The translations under genes were made by a program, and so were the position numbers. The notes under the pieces are model-generated. The model was not told where the DNA came from, did no database searches, and saw only the letters and a program-made list of their open reading frames with translations. From Eledone cirrhosa (taxonomy: Eukaryota): 64,000 nt of DNA. This document shows positions 1 to 18,327 of the stretch, one piece after another (the stretch's first letter is position 1; each line of letters begins with the position of its first letter). The stretch lies in the NCBI GenBank assembly GCA_964016885.1, contig OZ024741.1, positions 70,804,001 through 70,868,000 on the forward strand, read 5' to 3'.

Positions 1-264
1 ATATACATATATACATATACATATATATATATACATATACATATATACATATACATATATATATATACATATACATATATACGTATACATATATATATAT
101 ACATATACATATATACATACATATACATATATATATATACATATACATATATACATACATATACATATATATACATACATATACATATATACATACATAT
201 ACATACATATACATATATATACATACATATACATATATACATACATATACATATATACATATAC

Positions 265-333
<69 letters not shown>

Positions 334-420
334 CATATATATATATACATACATATATATATACATATATACATATATATATATATACATATATATATAT
401 ACATATATATATATACATAC

Positions 421-458
<38 letters not shown>

Positions 459-595
459 ATATATATGCATATATATATATGCATATATATATATTCATAT
501 ATATATATACATATATATATATACATATATATATACATATATATATATACATATATATATACATATATATATATATACATATATATATATACAAT

Positions 596-647
<52 letters not shown>

Positions 648-816
648 TATATGTATATATATATATGTATATATATATATGTATATATATATACATATAT
701 ATTTATATATACATATATGTATATATATACATCTATATATACATATATATATATATATACATCTATATATATATACATATATATATACATATATATATAC
801 ATATATACATATATAC

Positions 817-883
<67 letters not shown>

Positions 884-1140
884 CCTATATACATATACAT
901 ATACATATACATATATATATATATATACATATATATATACATATACATATATATACATATACATATATATACATATATATATACATATACATATATATAT
1001 ATACATATACATATATATATACACATATATATATATATACATATACATATATATATACATATATATACACATATATATACATATACATACATATACATAT
1101 ATATAGATATACATATATATAGATATACATATACATATAC

Positions 1141-1177
<37 letters not shown>

Positions 1178-1194
1178 CATATATATACATATAC

Positions 1195-1226
<32 letters not shown>

Positions 1227-1313
1227 ATATACATATATGTATATATATATATACATATATATATACATATATGTATATATATATATATTTATATATACAT
1301 ATATATATACATA
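1..1313. repeat. (TA)n microsatellite tract with TACATA variants
   Basis: Continuous TA dinucleotide repeat interrupted by C; abuts the truncated 5' end of a PLE at 1314. Confidence 0.98.
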
Positions 1314-3629
1314 CATTATCCCGGCGGATAAGACTAAGAATCTATACTCTATGGATTACAGTGCTTATCGTGACTTTATTTATAAGGAGCTGCATCGAAA
1401 TTATAAAAAGACTACGCTAGATAATTTGAACCATATTAATAGTGAGGGTCTTAAAATAGTCTCGGACCTCGGCCTTGATAAATATACCCAGCCATATTAC
1501 CCTAGAGAACCGAGATTCACTCTTAAGGATCATAAGGTAGACTTCATTAGTAACCCCTCTGTTAGACTCATCTGTCCTTCTAAGTCCGATATAGCCATAA
1601 TCAGTAAAAAAATCCTTGACCTTATTATACCAGATGTTAGGGATAAAGTTAATTTTAACCTATGGGGGAACACTAAGGAAGTTATAGATTGGTTCTCTGG
1701 GATTAATAAACTTGAATCTAATAAGTTTATCCAGTTCGATATTGATGCCTACTACACATCGATTTCACCCATCCTCCTCAATAAAGCCTTAATGTTGGCC
1801 ATGAGAGTGACCAGCCTTACACGATCACAGGTAGATATTATACTAGCAGCCCGTAGAACTATTATTAATTTTCAGGACACATTTTGGACCCGTAAAAACA
1901 CGCCTAACAATTTCGACGTTACAATGGGTTCGAGTGATTCGGCCCAGGTAACTGATCTTGTTGGGTTGTTCCTCCTTAATGAACTATATGTTACCTTTCC
2001 GCACCTTAATGACAGACTATATCGTGATGATGCATTGTTTGTTATTAACTCTAGCACCAACAATGTCGAGCATAATAAGAAGAAGCTTTATAAATTTTTT
2101 AAAAGCTATAACCTTTCGATCACGATAGATAGAAACGATAGAGCGGTCAACTTTTTAGATGTGACTTTGGACTTGGTCACTAATAGTTTTAAACCCTTCC
2201 ATAAGCCTAATGAAATACTTTCTTATGTTAGTCCCAATTCTAACCACCCCAAATCTATGATAAGCTCTATAATTAAGGGTGTATCTAATAGGATTTCCAC
2301 ACTCTCTAAGGACGTAGGAACATTTAATGAACATGCGGAGTACTATAATAATGCCCTAGCTAATTCCTGTTACTCTAGTAAAATACATTATAATGATAGT
2401 AACCTTAGAAAGTCTCCACTTACTTATAATAATAATAACATAATATCCCATAACATGGCCATGAATGGGAATAGGAAGCATAATAATCGTGGAAATTACA
2501 TAGGTGTATCTGAACCCATCCATAAGTTAACCCACCGGACTCGTAATAGGGAATATAATACCTCTAGGAATCAAGTCGAACCCTCTGAGCGCTCACTCAT
2601 TGGTGATAATTTTGCTAGATCTTATTCTAATAATGTTGCTTCTAGTGATCCTATTATTGGTCCTAATCCTTTTGATGGGATTCCAGACAGCAGCAGATCT
2701 ACTAGAGGTAGAAACAGTAAGAGACTTAATAGAATTTTGGCTGATTCTAATAATGCGGTTTTAACTAATCCTTGTAATAACCCTAGTCTTAATAATGGGA
2801 TATTAGATAATGGTAGAGTCGGAAAGGATAAAAATAGAAGGAGACTAAATACTTATTTTAACCCGCCATATAATCAGGAAGTATTAACTAATATCCCTAG
2901 GTCTTTCTTTTCTATCTTAGAGAAAAATTTCCCCCCTTCTCATAAATACCATAGTATTTTTAATAAAAATGTTATTAAACTTTCATTCTCTACCACCCCT
3001 AATATTAGTTCTCATTTAGCTAGCACTAACAATAGGAAAATTAGGGATGGATACTCCTCTCTACATACTACTAGTCTGAACAGATCTGCAAATACCGTAC
3101 CACGAGAGCAGACCTTATCTAATAGTAATCCTACGTGTAATGCATCACTACTTCAGCCAATCAATAGCATCCGGAAGTGTACTGTAGAGTGAGTGCTAAC
3201 TGCCCTTTAAACGGTAACTGCCTCTCTAAGAACATCGTCTATGCTTGCGTAGTTATAACTAATTCCTCTAATAGAACTTATATAGGCTCTACATCTAACA
3301 CTTTTAAGACTAGGTTTAATTCTCATATCTCTAATTTCAAACATGTTAAGTTTAAGAATTCTACTTCTTTAGCACACTATATCTGGGATCTTAAGGGGGC
3401 TAATATACCATATAACCTTAATTGGCGTTTAGTAGCACGCTCTAATAACCTTTCTACACATACTAAATTTTGTAATCTCTGTATCCTCGAGACACACTCT
3501 ATAATTTTCTCTAGTGAATCCTTACTTAATAGAAAGTCTGAGATATTCTCTTCTTGCCCCCACGCTATTTCTAATTCTTACTTTTATTATAAACCTAAAG
3601 GTTCTAGTAGTGTAAATTGTATCCATTAG
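1314..3629 (+). pseudogene. PLE reverse transcriptase + C-terminal GIY-YIG endonuclease, frameshifted near 3181
   Basis: [37 protein letters not shown] and YFNPPYN in ORF 1237-3192; NIVY...TYIG, FKTRF and FCNLC in ORF 3177-3629. A 1-nt deletion converts KCNCRV into a frameshift. Confidence 0.9.
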
Positions 3630-5273
3630 CTGATATATTCCATTACTTATTTTTTTAGTTTAGGTTCTTTTTGTTTACCACCATTATTATCATCATTATT
3701 ATCATTGGTTTTTGACAACTTTTTATTCTAGCTCTTATAATCTTTTGGCTACTATACCATATCTATCTTCTTACACATTAAATTTTCACTATTAACACCT
3801 TATGAGTATATATCTGATTATATATTTTATATTATTTTATTTTATTTCATTTTATTTTATTTGGATAACCCCCCCCCCCCCCATGTACACATAAACTTAT
3901 TGCCAACCCCTTCAAATATATTATGATTATATTTAATCCCCCCCCCCTCTTTTATGCTCCTTTCTATTATATAATACAGTATATTGATTATGATTTTATG
4001 CTCCTTTGTATCCTGCATACATTTCTTTTTTTCTGTCCCTATTAGCCTACCATAATTCTCCTTAAGTCAGTTTTTTAGATATCGTTATGTAAATGATAGT
4101 AGAATATTTCATTCCTTTATATATATATATTTATAGTGAAATATTAATGTTTAGGAATTTTGATTACTTAAACCATAGCTAATATTGTATAGCCTTATTA
4201 GGTATTTTAAATATTTTCAATATTAATTTATCAAATAGGGTTTTCTAGTCATTTATCTGGGTTGTTTCCTAAGTTTTTACTTAACTGCATGTGAGACCTA
4301 AGTAAATACTTTTGTTTTTGTTTTTTAATTTCCGGTTGATTTTATTTATTTATTTATTAATACTACTGTGCATAGTATTTTCTGTCTGACCCTTATTCAC
4401 TCATTCACATATGTGTCTGTTTACCAACCTTGTAATTATAAGTAATTATATATTATATTATGTTTATTATTTTATATTGAAGTTGTTATTGTACTATTGA
4501 TCCTTATTACTTACCGATGATTTTATGTACCATTATGATATGTTAAATTTTATATATCATGTAAGATGTTTATATTTTTGTACCATCATAATTTTGGGTA
4601 TTGTACAATTTATATTTTTTTCTCACCTACTCTGTAACTCTATATGAATTGATTTGTTAACTTACATGCCATTATATATTATATATTATTATATTATTAT
4701 TATAGTATTATTGACATCTATATTGTTTGTGTAAAATAACCGGAGATTATCTATTATATTATATTATATAGTATATAATTATATAGTTTATTATATATTA
4801 TATGTGTTACTTTTAATCATTTCATTACTTCATGTTATACTGTATATTAGATATACGTATTATTATTATTTTTATTCCTATTATGCTTATTTATATTTAA
4901 ACACTTAATAAGGTTTATTTGTGCTGTTAATGATGGATATGTGTATTGATGTATATGTATATGTGCGTACGTGTGCGTACATATATACATATGTATATTG
5001 TGCCTTTTAATTTTAATATTAATATTGTTACAAGTATATTATATTATATTATATTGTATTATATATAGTACTATAATTCCCTGCTCTATATAACCACCTT
5101 TAGTTTTTTTGCTTTGGACTATATTTGTAATATGGTTCAAAATGTTATCCACCTCCTTAGTGATTTTTATTGTATATTTTTACCCATAATCTTGCAATAC
5201 TTTAGTGTATGTACACTCCATATTCTTTCGAGTTTTCGGCTTGTATTGGCCGATAGTACTTCTTGTGGTTTTG

Positions 5274-5318
5274 ATTGCCCTGATGAGTCCTTAATAGGAC
5301 GAAACATTGTTGGCTAAT
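5274..5318 (+). ncRNA. Type I hammerhead ribozyme (minimal stem III) in the PLE-1 terminal repeat
   Basis: attgcc CTGATGA gtcct-taat-aggac GAAA c-att-g TT ggc(t)aat; canonical core, GUU cleavage triplet. Confidence 0.88.
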
Positions 5319-5662
5319 AAAGACTTTTGATGTATTGAAGGCTTCTTTGTTTTATTTTCATAATTCTTCGGCTCTGTTTAATTACATTGAGCTATACCTT
5401 TTACTGACATTTCTATAATACGAAGAGGGTGTTTAACTCCAACATGATCCAGTATTTTAATCCATATATATATATATATACATATATATATACATATATA
5501 TATATACATATTGTTATATTTGGGGAGGGTCATATTTGCGTAATATTGCCAGAATTAATAACAGAACACACTCACTGTTTGGTTGGTTTTCGCTTCTCGC
5601 ATATACATATATCTATATAAACATATACATATACATATATCTATATATACATATATATATAC

Positions 5663-5777
<115 letters not shown>

Positions 5778-5914
5778 CATAAATATATATACATATATAT
5801 ATACATACATATATATACACATATATATATATACATATATATACATACATATATATATATACATATATATATACATACATATATATACACATATATATAC
5901 ACACATATATACAT

Positions 5915-6360
5915 AAATATAGTATTAAGGATACTATTTATGGTTATGTATACAATAAAACCTTTTATGGTTATATATATTTTAAACCCTAAATAGTGAA
6001 AGACAGTAATTCATTACTATCTTATTACCAGTAAGATAAATAGCTCAATGTAATAACATCAGTTGTTTTACAGAGCAGTTATATAGAAATTACATTAATC
6101 AAAGTTCAGTTTAAATCATTTATTTGCTTACAATTGTTTCCTCCAAACCGAGGTTTGGATTCTTCGGAGCAACTATTTAGTGATTTATAACATACTTGAC
6201 CTCCTTTTCAACACAAGAGACATATAAAAACATATGTATATATTGACCCACAGTGGGTTGACATCACTCATAATGATATAGCATGGCAATTTACATATAA
6301 GGGTTAAAGGACAAAATTAAAGTTAAAATTAAAATAAAAATTAAAATAAAACATTGGCAG
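5915..6360 (-). mobile_element. PLE 3'-end (pseudo-LTR) fragment, tail-to-tail with PLE-1
   Basis: Minus-strand hammerhead plus AATAAA plus ACATTGAGCTA (6041-6051), identical to the motif in PLE-1; ends in (TA)n. Confidence 0.7.
6124..6172 (-). ncRNA. Type I hammerhead ribozyme, U4C core variant
   Basis: Minus strand: ttgct CCGAAGA a-tccaaac-ctcg-gtttgga-g GAAA caattg TA agcaa; perfect stems I and II, palindromic stem III. Confidence 0.85.
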
Positions 6361-6498
6361 TTTATGAAGATAAAGCAGGACATGGGGACAGAGACCGCTG
6401 GAGAGAACTCGTCCATGGATCTCGGGAATTTTACCCGCCTTAGATATATATATATATATATGTATATATATGTATATATATATATGTATATATATATA

Positions 6499-6847
6499 TC
6501 ATCATCATCATCATCATCATTTCATTTTACGTCCGTTTTTCCCTGCTTGCAAGGGTGGGACGGGAACTGATTCTGGCTTAATTTCTACAGCCGGATGCCC
6601 TTCCTAACACCAACCTCATTTACAGTGAGTGCTGGGTGCTTTTTTGCTGTGGCACCTCCACGACCACTTTGCAGTGGAATGATAGGGACCCCAGTCCCTA
6701 TCATCTCATTTCTACAGCTGAGTAAACTGGAGCAATGTGAAATAAAGTGTCTTGCTCAAGGAAACAACACATCACCCGGTCTGAGAATTGAACTCACAAC
6801 CTTTCGATTACAAGGCCAATGCTCTAACCACTAAGCCATGTGCCTCC
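6499..6847 (-). mobile_element. tRNA-derived CORE-type SINE with RTE-derived 3' tail
   Basis: A box TGGCTTAGTGG, B box GAGTTCAATTC, CORE-like CCTTGAGCAAGACACTT..CAGTTTACTCAGCTGTAGAAATG, (GAT)n tail; second copy at 62729-63172. Confidence 0.88.
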
Positions 6848-6907
6848 ATTAATATATATGTATATATATACATATATATATATATACATATACATATATA
6901 TATATAC

Positions 6908-6972
<65 letters not shown>

Positions 6973-6977
6973 CATAC

Positions 6978-7010
<33 letters not shown>

Positions 7011-7124
7011 CATACATATACATATATATATATACATATATATATATATACATATATATATATATGTATATATATATATGTTTCTATATGTAAATATATG
7101 TATCATCATCATCATTCATCATCC

Positions 7125-9984
<2,860 letters not shown>

Positions 9985-9985
<1 letters not shown>

Positions 9986-10585
9986 GTATGAAAAATATGG
10001 GAAGAAGGATACTGCGGGTTGCACATGGGTTACATATTATAAAATTAGTCCCTCATCAGTGATTTGCCAACCGTCATTGCTATTTCATCGCATTAAAAAT
10101 CATATACCTCAGGTTGGTGCGAGCAATAACTAAAATAAGCTATTGGGTCAAGTGAGTCGCGTAAAGCGAGTGAGACAAGTAAACAACATAGAAGGAAAAG
10201 CAAACCAAAGATGGGAAAAAAAAACAAGCAACATGGTTATCCGATCAGCATAAGCTGGGTGAATTTCATGATCATTCAGAATACAGACCTTTCGCCGTGA
10301 ATGGGATGTGAGAAAGAAAGAATCCCACTCCTAATGAACGGGAGGAAGTGAGAAGGGGACAAACAGAGAGTGGGTGAGTGGAAGTGCGAGGAAGAGGTCA
10401 GTCGAGAGAAAGTGTAACTGACAGAGGGAGCGAAAGAAGGTGAGAGAAACAGAGAGAGAAACAGACAAACGCAGCCGAGGTAAATATATATAAAAAACAC
10501 GAGAAGAAAGAAGAATACTGCGTGGTTTGCACATGGGTTACATATGATAAAAATAGTCCTTTGTCAGTGATTTTCCAACCATCAT

Positions 10586-10586
<1 letters not shown>
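9985..10586. mobile_element. Unclassified ~600-bp element bounded by ~85-bp direct repeats, inserted in (TA)n
   Basis: gaagaaggatactgcgggttgcacatgggttacatattataaaattagtccctcatcagtgatttgccaaccgtcatt (~10001-10078) recurs diverged at ~10503-10586. Confidence 0.5.
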
Positions 10587-10617
<31 letters not shown>

Positions 10618-10762
10618 CATATATATATACATACATATATATATATATATACATACATATATATATATATACATACATATATATATACATACATATATAT
10701 ATATATACATATATATATATACATACATATATATATATATACATACATATATATATACATAC

Positions 10763-10799
<37 letters not shown>

Positions 10800-10996
10800 C
10801 ATACATATATATATACAAACATATATATACATACATATATATATACATACATATATATATACATCCATATATATATATACATACATATAAATACATACAT
10901 ATATATATATACATACATATAAATACATACATATATATATATACATACATATATATATACATATATATATATACATACATATATATATATACATAC

Positions 10997-11045
<49 letters not shown>

Positions 11046-11394
11046 CATACATATATATATACATATATATATATACATACATATATATATATATACATAC
11101 ATATATACATACATATATATATATACATACACATATACATACATATATATATATACATACACATATATATACATATATATATATACATATATATATACAT
11201 ATATATATATACATACATACATACATATACATATATATATATACATATATATATACATATATATATATACATATATATATATACATATATATATACATAT
11301 ATATATATACATATATATATACATATATACATACATACATATATATATACATATATATATATACATATATATATACATATATATATATATATAC

Positions 11395-11429
<35 letters not shown>

Positions 11430-11514
11430 CATATATATATACATATATATATATATATACATATATACATACATATATATATACATATATATATATATAT
11501 ACATATATACATAC

Positions 11515-11547
<33 letters not shown>

Positions 11548-11618
11548 CATATATACATACATATATATATATACATATATACATACATATATATATATAT
11601 ACATACATACATATATAT

Positions 11619-11687
<69 letters not shown>

Positions 11688-11764
11688 TACATATATATAT
11701 ATATACATATATATATATACATACATATATACATACATATATACATACATATATATATATACAT
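10587..11764. repeat. (TA)n/TACA microsatellite tract
   Basis: Seen directly. Confidence 0.97.
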
Positions 11765-13645
11765 ACACAAAAGTGTTCTTTTCATTTGCAAAAAAACACA
11801 AAATCACTGGCTCTACTGTTGGCCCTCTAATTGATGAAAATGGCACTCTTCAAGACAATGCTAAAACCATGGGTGAGATACTGCAGAAACAATACTGCTC
11901 TGTTTTCAGCAATCCTGATATGGCCGATCTGGGCTGTATCGGCGATGTTACTCCCCATTACACCTTATCGGACATAACGTTTGGCGCCCCTGATGTCTTG
12001 GCGGCAATAAAGGAAATCAAACATAATTCAGCAGTAGGTCCCGATAGGTTCCCTGCTTGTGTCTTGAAGGCGTGTCAACACCAACTTGCTTCTCCTCTTG
12101 CCAATCTGTGGCGGAACTCACTGGATGCTGGATATGTGCCAGAAAACCTTCTATCCCAGTCTGTTGTCCCAGTTTTCAAAAAGGGAAACAAATCCCTTGC
12201 CGTGAATTACCGTCCAATCTCACTCACCTCTCATATCATTAAGGTATTTGAGCGAGTGGTGAGATCGCGAATGACCCACTTCCTTGAGAGTAACAATATG
12301 CTGAACTCCAACCAGCATGGATTCCGTAATGGAAGGGATTGCCTGACGCAACTACTGCATCACTTTGATGACATTTTGAGAGCCTTGGGAGAGGGTTCCA
12401 ACACTGATGTTATCTACCTTGATTTCAGCAAGGCCTTTGACAGGGTTGATCATAACATTCTACTGAGAAAGCTGTCCAATATTGGTGTCACTGGAAAGCT
12501 GCTGCAGTGGATCAAGAGCTTCCTGTCAAACAGAACCCAACATGTTGTAGTTGAGGGAGTCAAATCAAGCCCAGCCAAAGTCAGTAGTGGAGTCCCACAA
12601 GGCACTGTGTTGGGCCCACTTCTCTTCATCATCTATATTAATGACATCACTGACATCATCAAACACAGCAACATTAAAATTTTCGCTGATGATTCCAAGC
12701 TCCAAAAGGTCATCAATGGCGTGGATGACCGGATAAGCCTTCAGTCAGACCTACTGGCTGTTACCCAATGGGCAGAAAAGAACAACATGTTACTGAACGA
12801 AGACAAATTCGAACTGATCCACTTTGGAAAAGAGGATGCTCTGAAACTCCCGTACTCCCTTCCCTCCGGGGAAACTCTCGTGGCATCTAACAACATCAGA
12901 GACTTGGGAGTAACCGTGGACAGCAACATAAGCTGGACCACGCATATAAGCAGCAAAGTTGACATGGCCCGCAGAATGTGTTCCTGGATCCTCAGAACCT
13001 TCCAGTCGAGAGATTCCCGCACCATTATCCTTCTCTTCTCTACTTTCGCCCGACCACACCTTGAATACTGTTGTCCACTGTGGTCTCCCCACACGAAACA
13101 AAGTATCATGAAACTTGAAGCTCCTCAAAGGGCAATCACGAAAAAGATAGATGGCATGTCAGACCTTGACTACTGGGGTCGATTGGAAAACCTGAAACTT
13201 TACTCACTCCAACGTCGCCGTGAGCGTTATATTATCTGCATGATGTGGAAAATGTTCCATCATCACTGCCCAAATGATGTTGGCATCGCCTTCAAGATAC
13301 ACCCAAGGCTTGGGCCCCGTGCTATCCGTCCCATTCAAAAATCTAAATCGCAACTCATAACAACAATACGGCACAATTATTTCACCTCAATCGGCCCTGC
13401 TCTCTTCAACATCACACCAGGACACGTCAAAACAGAAACTGACCACACAAGATTCAAGAAGTCTTTGGACAAATTCCTCCAAGTAATCCCGGACAAACCA
13501 CCCACACCCGGATATGTCTCCGCAAACAGTAATTCTCTTCTCGAATGGGCCATGGTGCCCAAATCCTGAATTGAAAGACTTCGCCAGGTGGTGCTATTAA
13601 GTTAGACATGGCCTGGGCCAATACTGGCCAAAACATTTCAAAGTT
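11765..13645 (+). mobile_element. CR1-type non-LTR retrotransposon, 5'-truncated, inserted in (TA)n
   Basis: Uninterrupted RT frame plus short 3' UTR; no endonuclease domain in this copy. Confidence 0.88.
11773..13569 (+). CDS. LINE ORF2 reverse transcriptase region (CR1-like), open but lacking the N-terminus
   Basis: [60 protein letters not shown] motifs. Confidence 0.88.
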   Translation: MFFSFAKKHKITGSTVGPLIDENGTLQDNAKTMGEILQKQYCSVFSNPDMADLGCIGDVTPHYTLSDITFGAPDVLAAIKEIKHNSAVGPDRFPACVLKACQHQLASPLANLWRNSLDAGYVPENLLSQSVVPVFKKGNKSLAVNYRPISLTSHIIKVFERVVRSRMTHFLESNNMLNSNQHGFRNGRDCLTQLLHHFDDILRALGEGSNTDVIYLDFSKAFDRVDHNILLRKLSNIGVTGKLLQWIKSFLSNRTQHVVVEGVKSSPAKVSSGVPQGTVLGPLLFIIYINDITDIIKHSNIKIFADDSKLQKVINGVDDRISLQSDLLAVTQWAEKNNMLLNEDKFELIHFGKEDALKLPYSLPSGETLVASNNIRDLGVTVDSNISWTTHISSKVDMARRMCSWILRTFQSRDSRTIILLFSTFARPHLEYCCPLWSPHTKQSIMKLEAPQRAITKKIDGMSDLDYWGRLENLKLYSLQRRRERYIICMMWKMFHHHCPNDVGIAFKIHPRLGPRAIRPIQKSKSQLITTIRHNYFTSIGPALFNITPGHVKTETDHTRFKKSLDKFLQVIPDKPPTPGYVSANSNSLLEWAMVPKS

Positions 13646-13646
13646 A

Positions 13647-13678
<32 letters not shown>

Positions 13679-13806
13679 CATATATACATATATATATATA
13701 TACATATGCATATATACATATGTATATACATACATATATATATATGTATATATGTATATATATATATATATATGTATATACATACATATATATATATGTA
13801 TATATG

Positions 13807-13841
<35 letters not shown>

Positions 13842-13984
13842 GTATATACATACATATATATATATGTATATATATATATGTATATACATACATATATATA
13901 TGTATATATGTATATATATATATATATATATATACATATATGTATATATATATACATATATCTATATGCATATATATATATGTA

Positions 13985-14019
<35 letters not shown>

Positions 14020-14076
14020 GTATATATATATATGTATGTATATATATATATATGTATGTATATATATATATGTATG

Positions 14077-14108
<32 letters not shown>

Positions 14109-14135
14109 CATATATATACATACATATATATATAC

Positions 14136-14166
<31 letters not shown>

Positions 14167-14364
14167 CATATATATATATGTATATATATATATATGTATG
14201 TATATATATATGTATGTATATATATGTTTGTATATATATATGTATATATATGTTTGTATATATATATATATGTATGTATATATATATGTATGTATATATA
14301 TGTTTATATATATATACATATATATACATACATATATATATATACATATATATATATATGTATG

Positions 14365-14430
<66 letters not shown>

Positions 14431-14436
14431 TATATA
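13646..14436. repeat. (TA)n tract with TG/CA variants
   Basis: Seen directly. Confidence 0.97.
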
Positions 14437-15219
14437 AAATATTAAACAAATAATGAACAAACAATTCCTTATATTAAACAAAAAAAGTTCACTATTTAAC
14501 GATCGTTTCTAGGGTATATATGTGTTATAATTGGTATGCATATTCAACAGATCTATGTACAAAATTATACAAAATTATACAAATTATCAAGATTAAATAT
14601 ACATACCTAACACATATATACGCCGTCTTCAGAAATAATGAAGTATATTTATTGATAATAACAACAATTCAAAATATCAGTTCAAAATTGACCAATGAAA
14701 ACACAAAGGGTTAAAAGCAGTTTGGTGTGTGTATATACATGTAAAATCCTTACACATATTTTACAATAATGTGTGTATAATTTGTATGTGCATACTAAAA
14801 AGATGGATGCAAACACAAAATTTCAAGGTTAATATCTCTGTAAGCTTAATGCGCTGATAAGATGCGCAATGATACTTATGGAGTCAAGCATATAAATATA
14901 TTTTTTTCATACTCACACATATCAGTATAATCACACATACATGCGCGTATATGCATAAATATACACATAACCACGAACATACAAACACACACACACTCCC
15001 CCACTCACATTTATATATGTGGATATAAAATCATAAGCAAATAGAAATTAAGTCACTCACATAAAACACTGGCACACACATTTCAAGATCAAGATACAGA
15101 AATTAGGTGGGAGGGGGGGGAAGGGGTCAGTATTAGATTGTCAGAGCAGACTGCCTAATATAAATGTATCTATAAATTAAGAAAAATAAAAAAATAAAAA
15201 CAATAAAATATAATAAATA

Positions 15220-15465
15220 TAATATAATGTACATACACATACAGATATACATACACATACATACATGTACGCGCACATAGAGATATTTACGCATACACAC
15301 ATACACACATACGTATACAGTCATACACACACATACACTTACACGAACATACACATACACATATAAAAAGATATATATACACACACACACACGCGCAACA
15401 CATACACACATACACATATATATAAAAAATAGATAATAAAGATATATATCCATATATATATATAT

Positions 15466-15522
<57 letters not shown>

Positions 15523-15611
15523 TATACATATACATACCCATACATCTAAATATACATACACATACATCCACACATACGTGCATATACATGTACATACATA
15601 TACGCACATCG

Positions 15612-15663
<52 letters not shown>

Positions 15664-15707
15664 TCACATAGACATAAAGATACATACACACACAACTTAC
15701 ATACACA

Positions 15708-15743
<36 letters not shown>

Positions 15744-16009
15744 TGTACCTTCATACATAGAATTAGATATATAATCATACATACATATGCACCTACCTAT
15801 ACTCATATAAATAAATACATACGCTTCCATATATGTGTATACACATAAAAAACAATACCACCTCACCAAACTCAGACATACAAATGAAAATAATAATAAA
15901 AAAACGCATATGTATATACATACACACACGCATTAATAGAGATATATATATATACACACATACATACACACACATATATATACATACACACACTCATACA
16001 TACACATAC

Positions 16010-16068
<59 letters not shown>

Positions 16069-16075
16069 TAGACTC

Positions 16076-16106
<31 letters not shown>

Positions 16107-16386
16107 AACATATATATCCACACACTCATACCACCATAAATACACATACAAACACCCACATGTATATATATATATATATCCACATACACACACGTATACA
16201 TATATATATATATATATATAGACATACATATATATATATACACACACATAAAAAACAGACATGCACATATATATATATATATATATATTTCATTACTCTT
16301 ATATATACACATAGTATATATACATACACAACCTCACTTATACACATATACACATAAGTTATATTACAATAATAATAAAGAATAAT

Positions 16387-16419
<33 letters not shown>

Positions 16420-16559
16420 CATATATATATATATATACATACATACATACACATACATACATACACATAAATATATACATACATAAATACACACATACGA
16501 ATAAAGACATATATTCACACATAGACACCTATATACATATATATATATATATATATATC

Positions 16560-16593
<34 letters not shown>

Positions 16594-17145
16594 CATATAT
16601 ACACATACACACACACACACACACACAGACACACATACACACTCACATATATATATATATATATGTGTATGTGAGTGTGCGCACATACACATATATACAC
16701 ACACACATACAAACACACACAAACACATACATATGCATACGTGCACACACACACACATATATCACATAGATACGAAGATAAACATATAAATAGAGAGACA
16801 TACAAATATATACACAACACATATACACATACATACATACACGCATATACATATACATACATATATACACATATATATATTCCTATATACAAGCATACAC
16901 ATACATACACATATATACATATACATACACATATACATACCACACATTCACATACACATACATATATAATACATATATATACATATATATACATACATAT
17001 GTATGTACAATCATATATACACACTCAATCTTACATTCATATTTACATGCTCATATATGTATTTTTATATTTAGAAATAAATACCAAAACCTATATAGAC
17101 ACCCACCTACATATATATTCATACATATACGCTTACAAATATAGA
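15220..17145. repeat. Degenerate (CA)n/(TA)n compound microsatellite
   Basis: Mixed CA/TA repeats; possibly part of the PLE-2 3' UTR. Confidence 0.9.
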
Positions 17146-18327
17146 TGATAATAGTATGGGGGAAAGGGGGGGTTTGGAGAAGGGGATCAAAGTAAATATA
17201 TGTTTCAAGAAACATATAATATTTTCCGTATCTTAATTCAATGTATGTTCTTACATATTTTCAGTGCTAGGAAATACGAAATCTATGCATCTCAAAATAA
17301 ATAAGTATACCATTAATCATATGTTAACTAAACCAAAGATAGTCAACATATTGATTTCTAAGGTGTAAATTAGTTAGGTTTATAATATTTGAAGCAGAAT
17401 TATGAAGTCAAACAGTAGTAGATTATTAATTACATTATAACTAAATTAAAGTTAATAACGTTATGGTATCAATATTAGGAGATGAATTTAGTAATAGGGA
17501 AAAGAAACCCAAATAAAAATAAAATAAAGTATTACATCGGTAGTAGCATATAAATTATATGTTAACTAAATTAAAAATTATATATTTATTTCAATAGTAT
17601 ACGTTAATTAGTATATGTTAATTAGGTATACAATACATAAAGCAGATATTGTATTTCATCAATAGCATAATATAATTATATGCAAATAAAAATCAAAATT
17701 AATACGCATACATATACATATACATACACATACACATATACATACATATACACACATATATATATATATATACATATATATACACATATATACATATATA
17801 CTCACATAAACATACATACAGATACACATACACAACACACACATATACATATACATATACATATACATATCTTTTTCAAAAAATTGCACAGAATATATTA
17901 ACTAGGTATATATCTAAAACACATCCCATTCTATGATTACATGACTTTCTGCAATTCGTCTGTACAAGGATACTAATTTTAAGCAAATTAAAATTAAAGT
18001 TTTAGGTTGATTAAAACTAAAACCAAATAATAAATATATTTCCAAAATGTATATTAATTAGGTCTATAATACTAAAAATTCTTTCTCCGTCATTGGATAC
18101 ATGATATTATTTTGTTATATTTTATCTGTAAAAGAATTATAATAAAAAGGTTTAAATAAATTAAAATTAATCTATAAATTAAATTACTGAGTATATATTA
18201 GTAATATTTAAAGGTTTTTCAAAATTTATGATTACATAATATTTTCTCATCTGTAATAAAATATTAATTAAATTAAATTTATAGGTTAACTAACATTTAA
18301 ATTAAATTAATTTCTAGAATAATGTTA

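Larger units (their letters stand above)
1314..5462 (+). mobile_element. Penelope-like retroelement (PLE-1), 5'-truncated, probably Hydra clade
   Basis: RT + GIY-YIG coding region, then a ~1.8-kb AT-rich 3' UTR with a hammerhead at 5274-5318 followed by AATAAA; both ends abut (TA)n. Confidence 0.92.

Noticed and set aside
10001-10078. Possible SECIS or hammerhead in the direct repeat
   Set aside because: Lacks the 3' GA of a SECIS quartet and lacks a correctly placed GAAA; no in-frame TGA in the nearby PLE ORFs.
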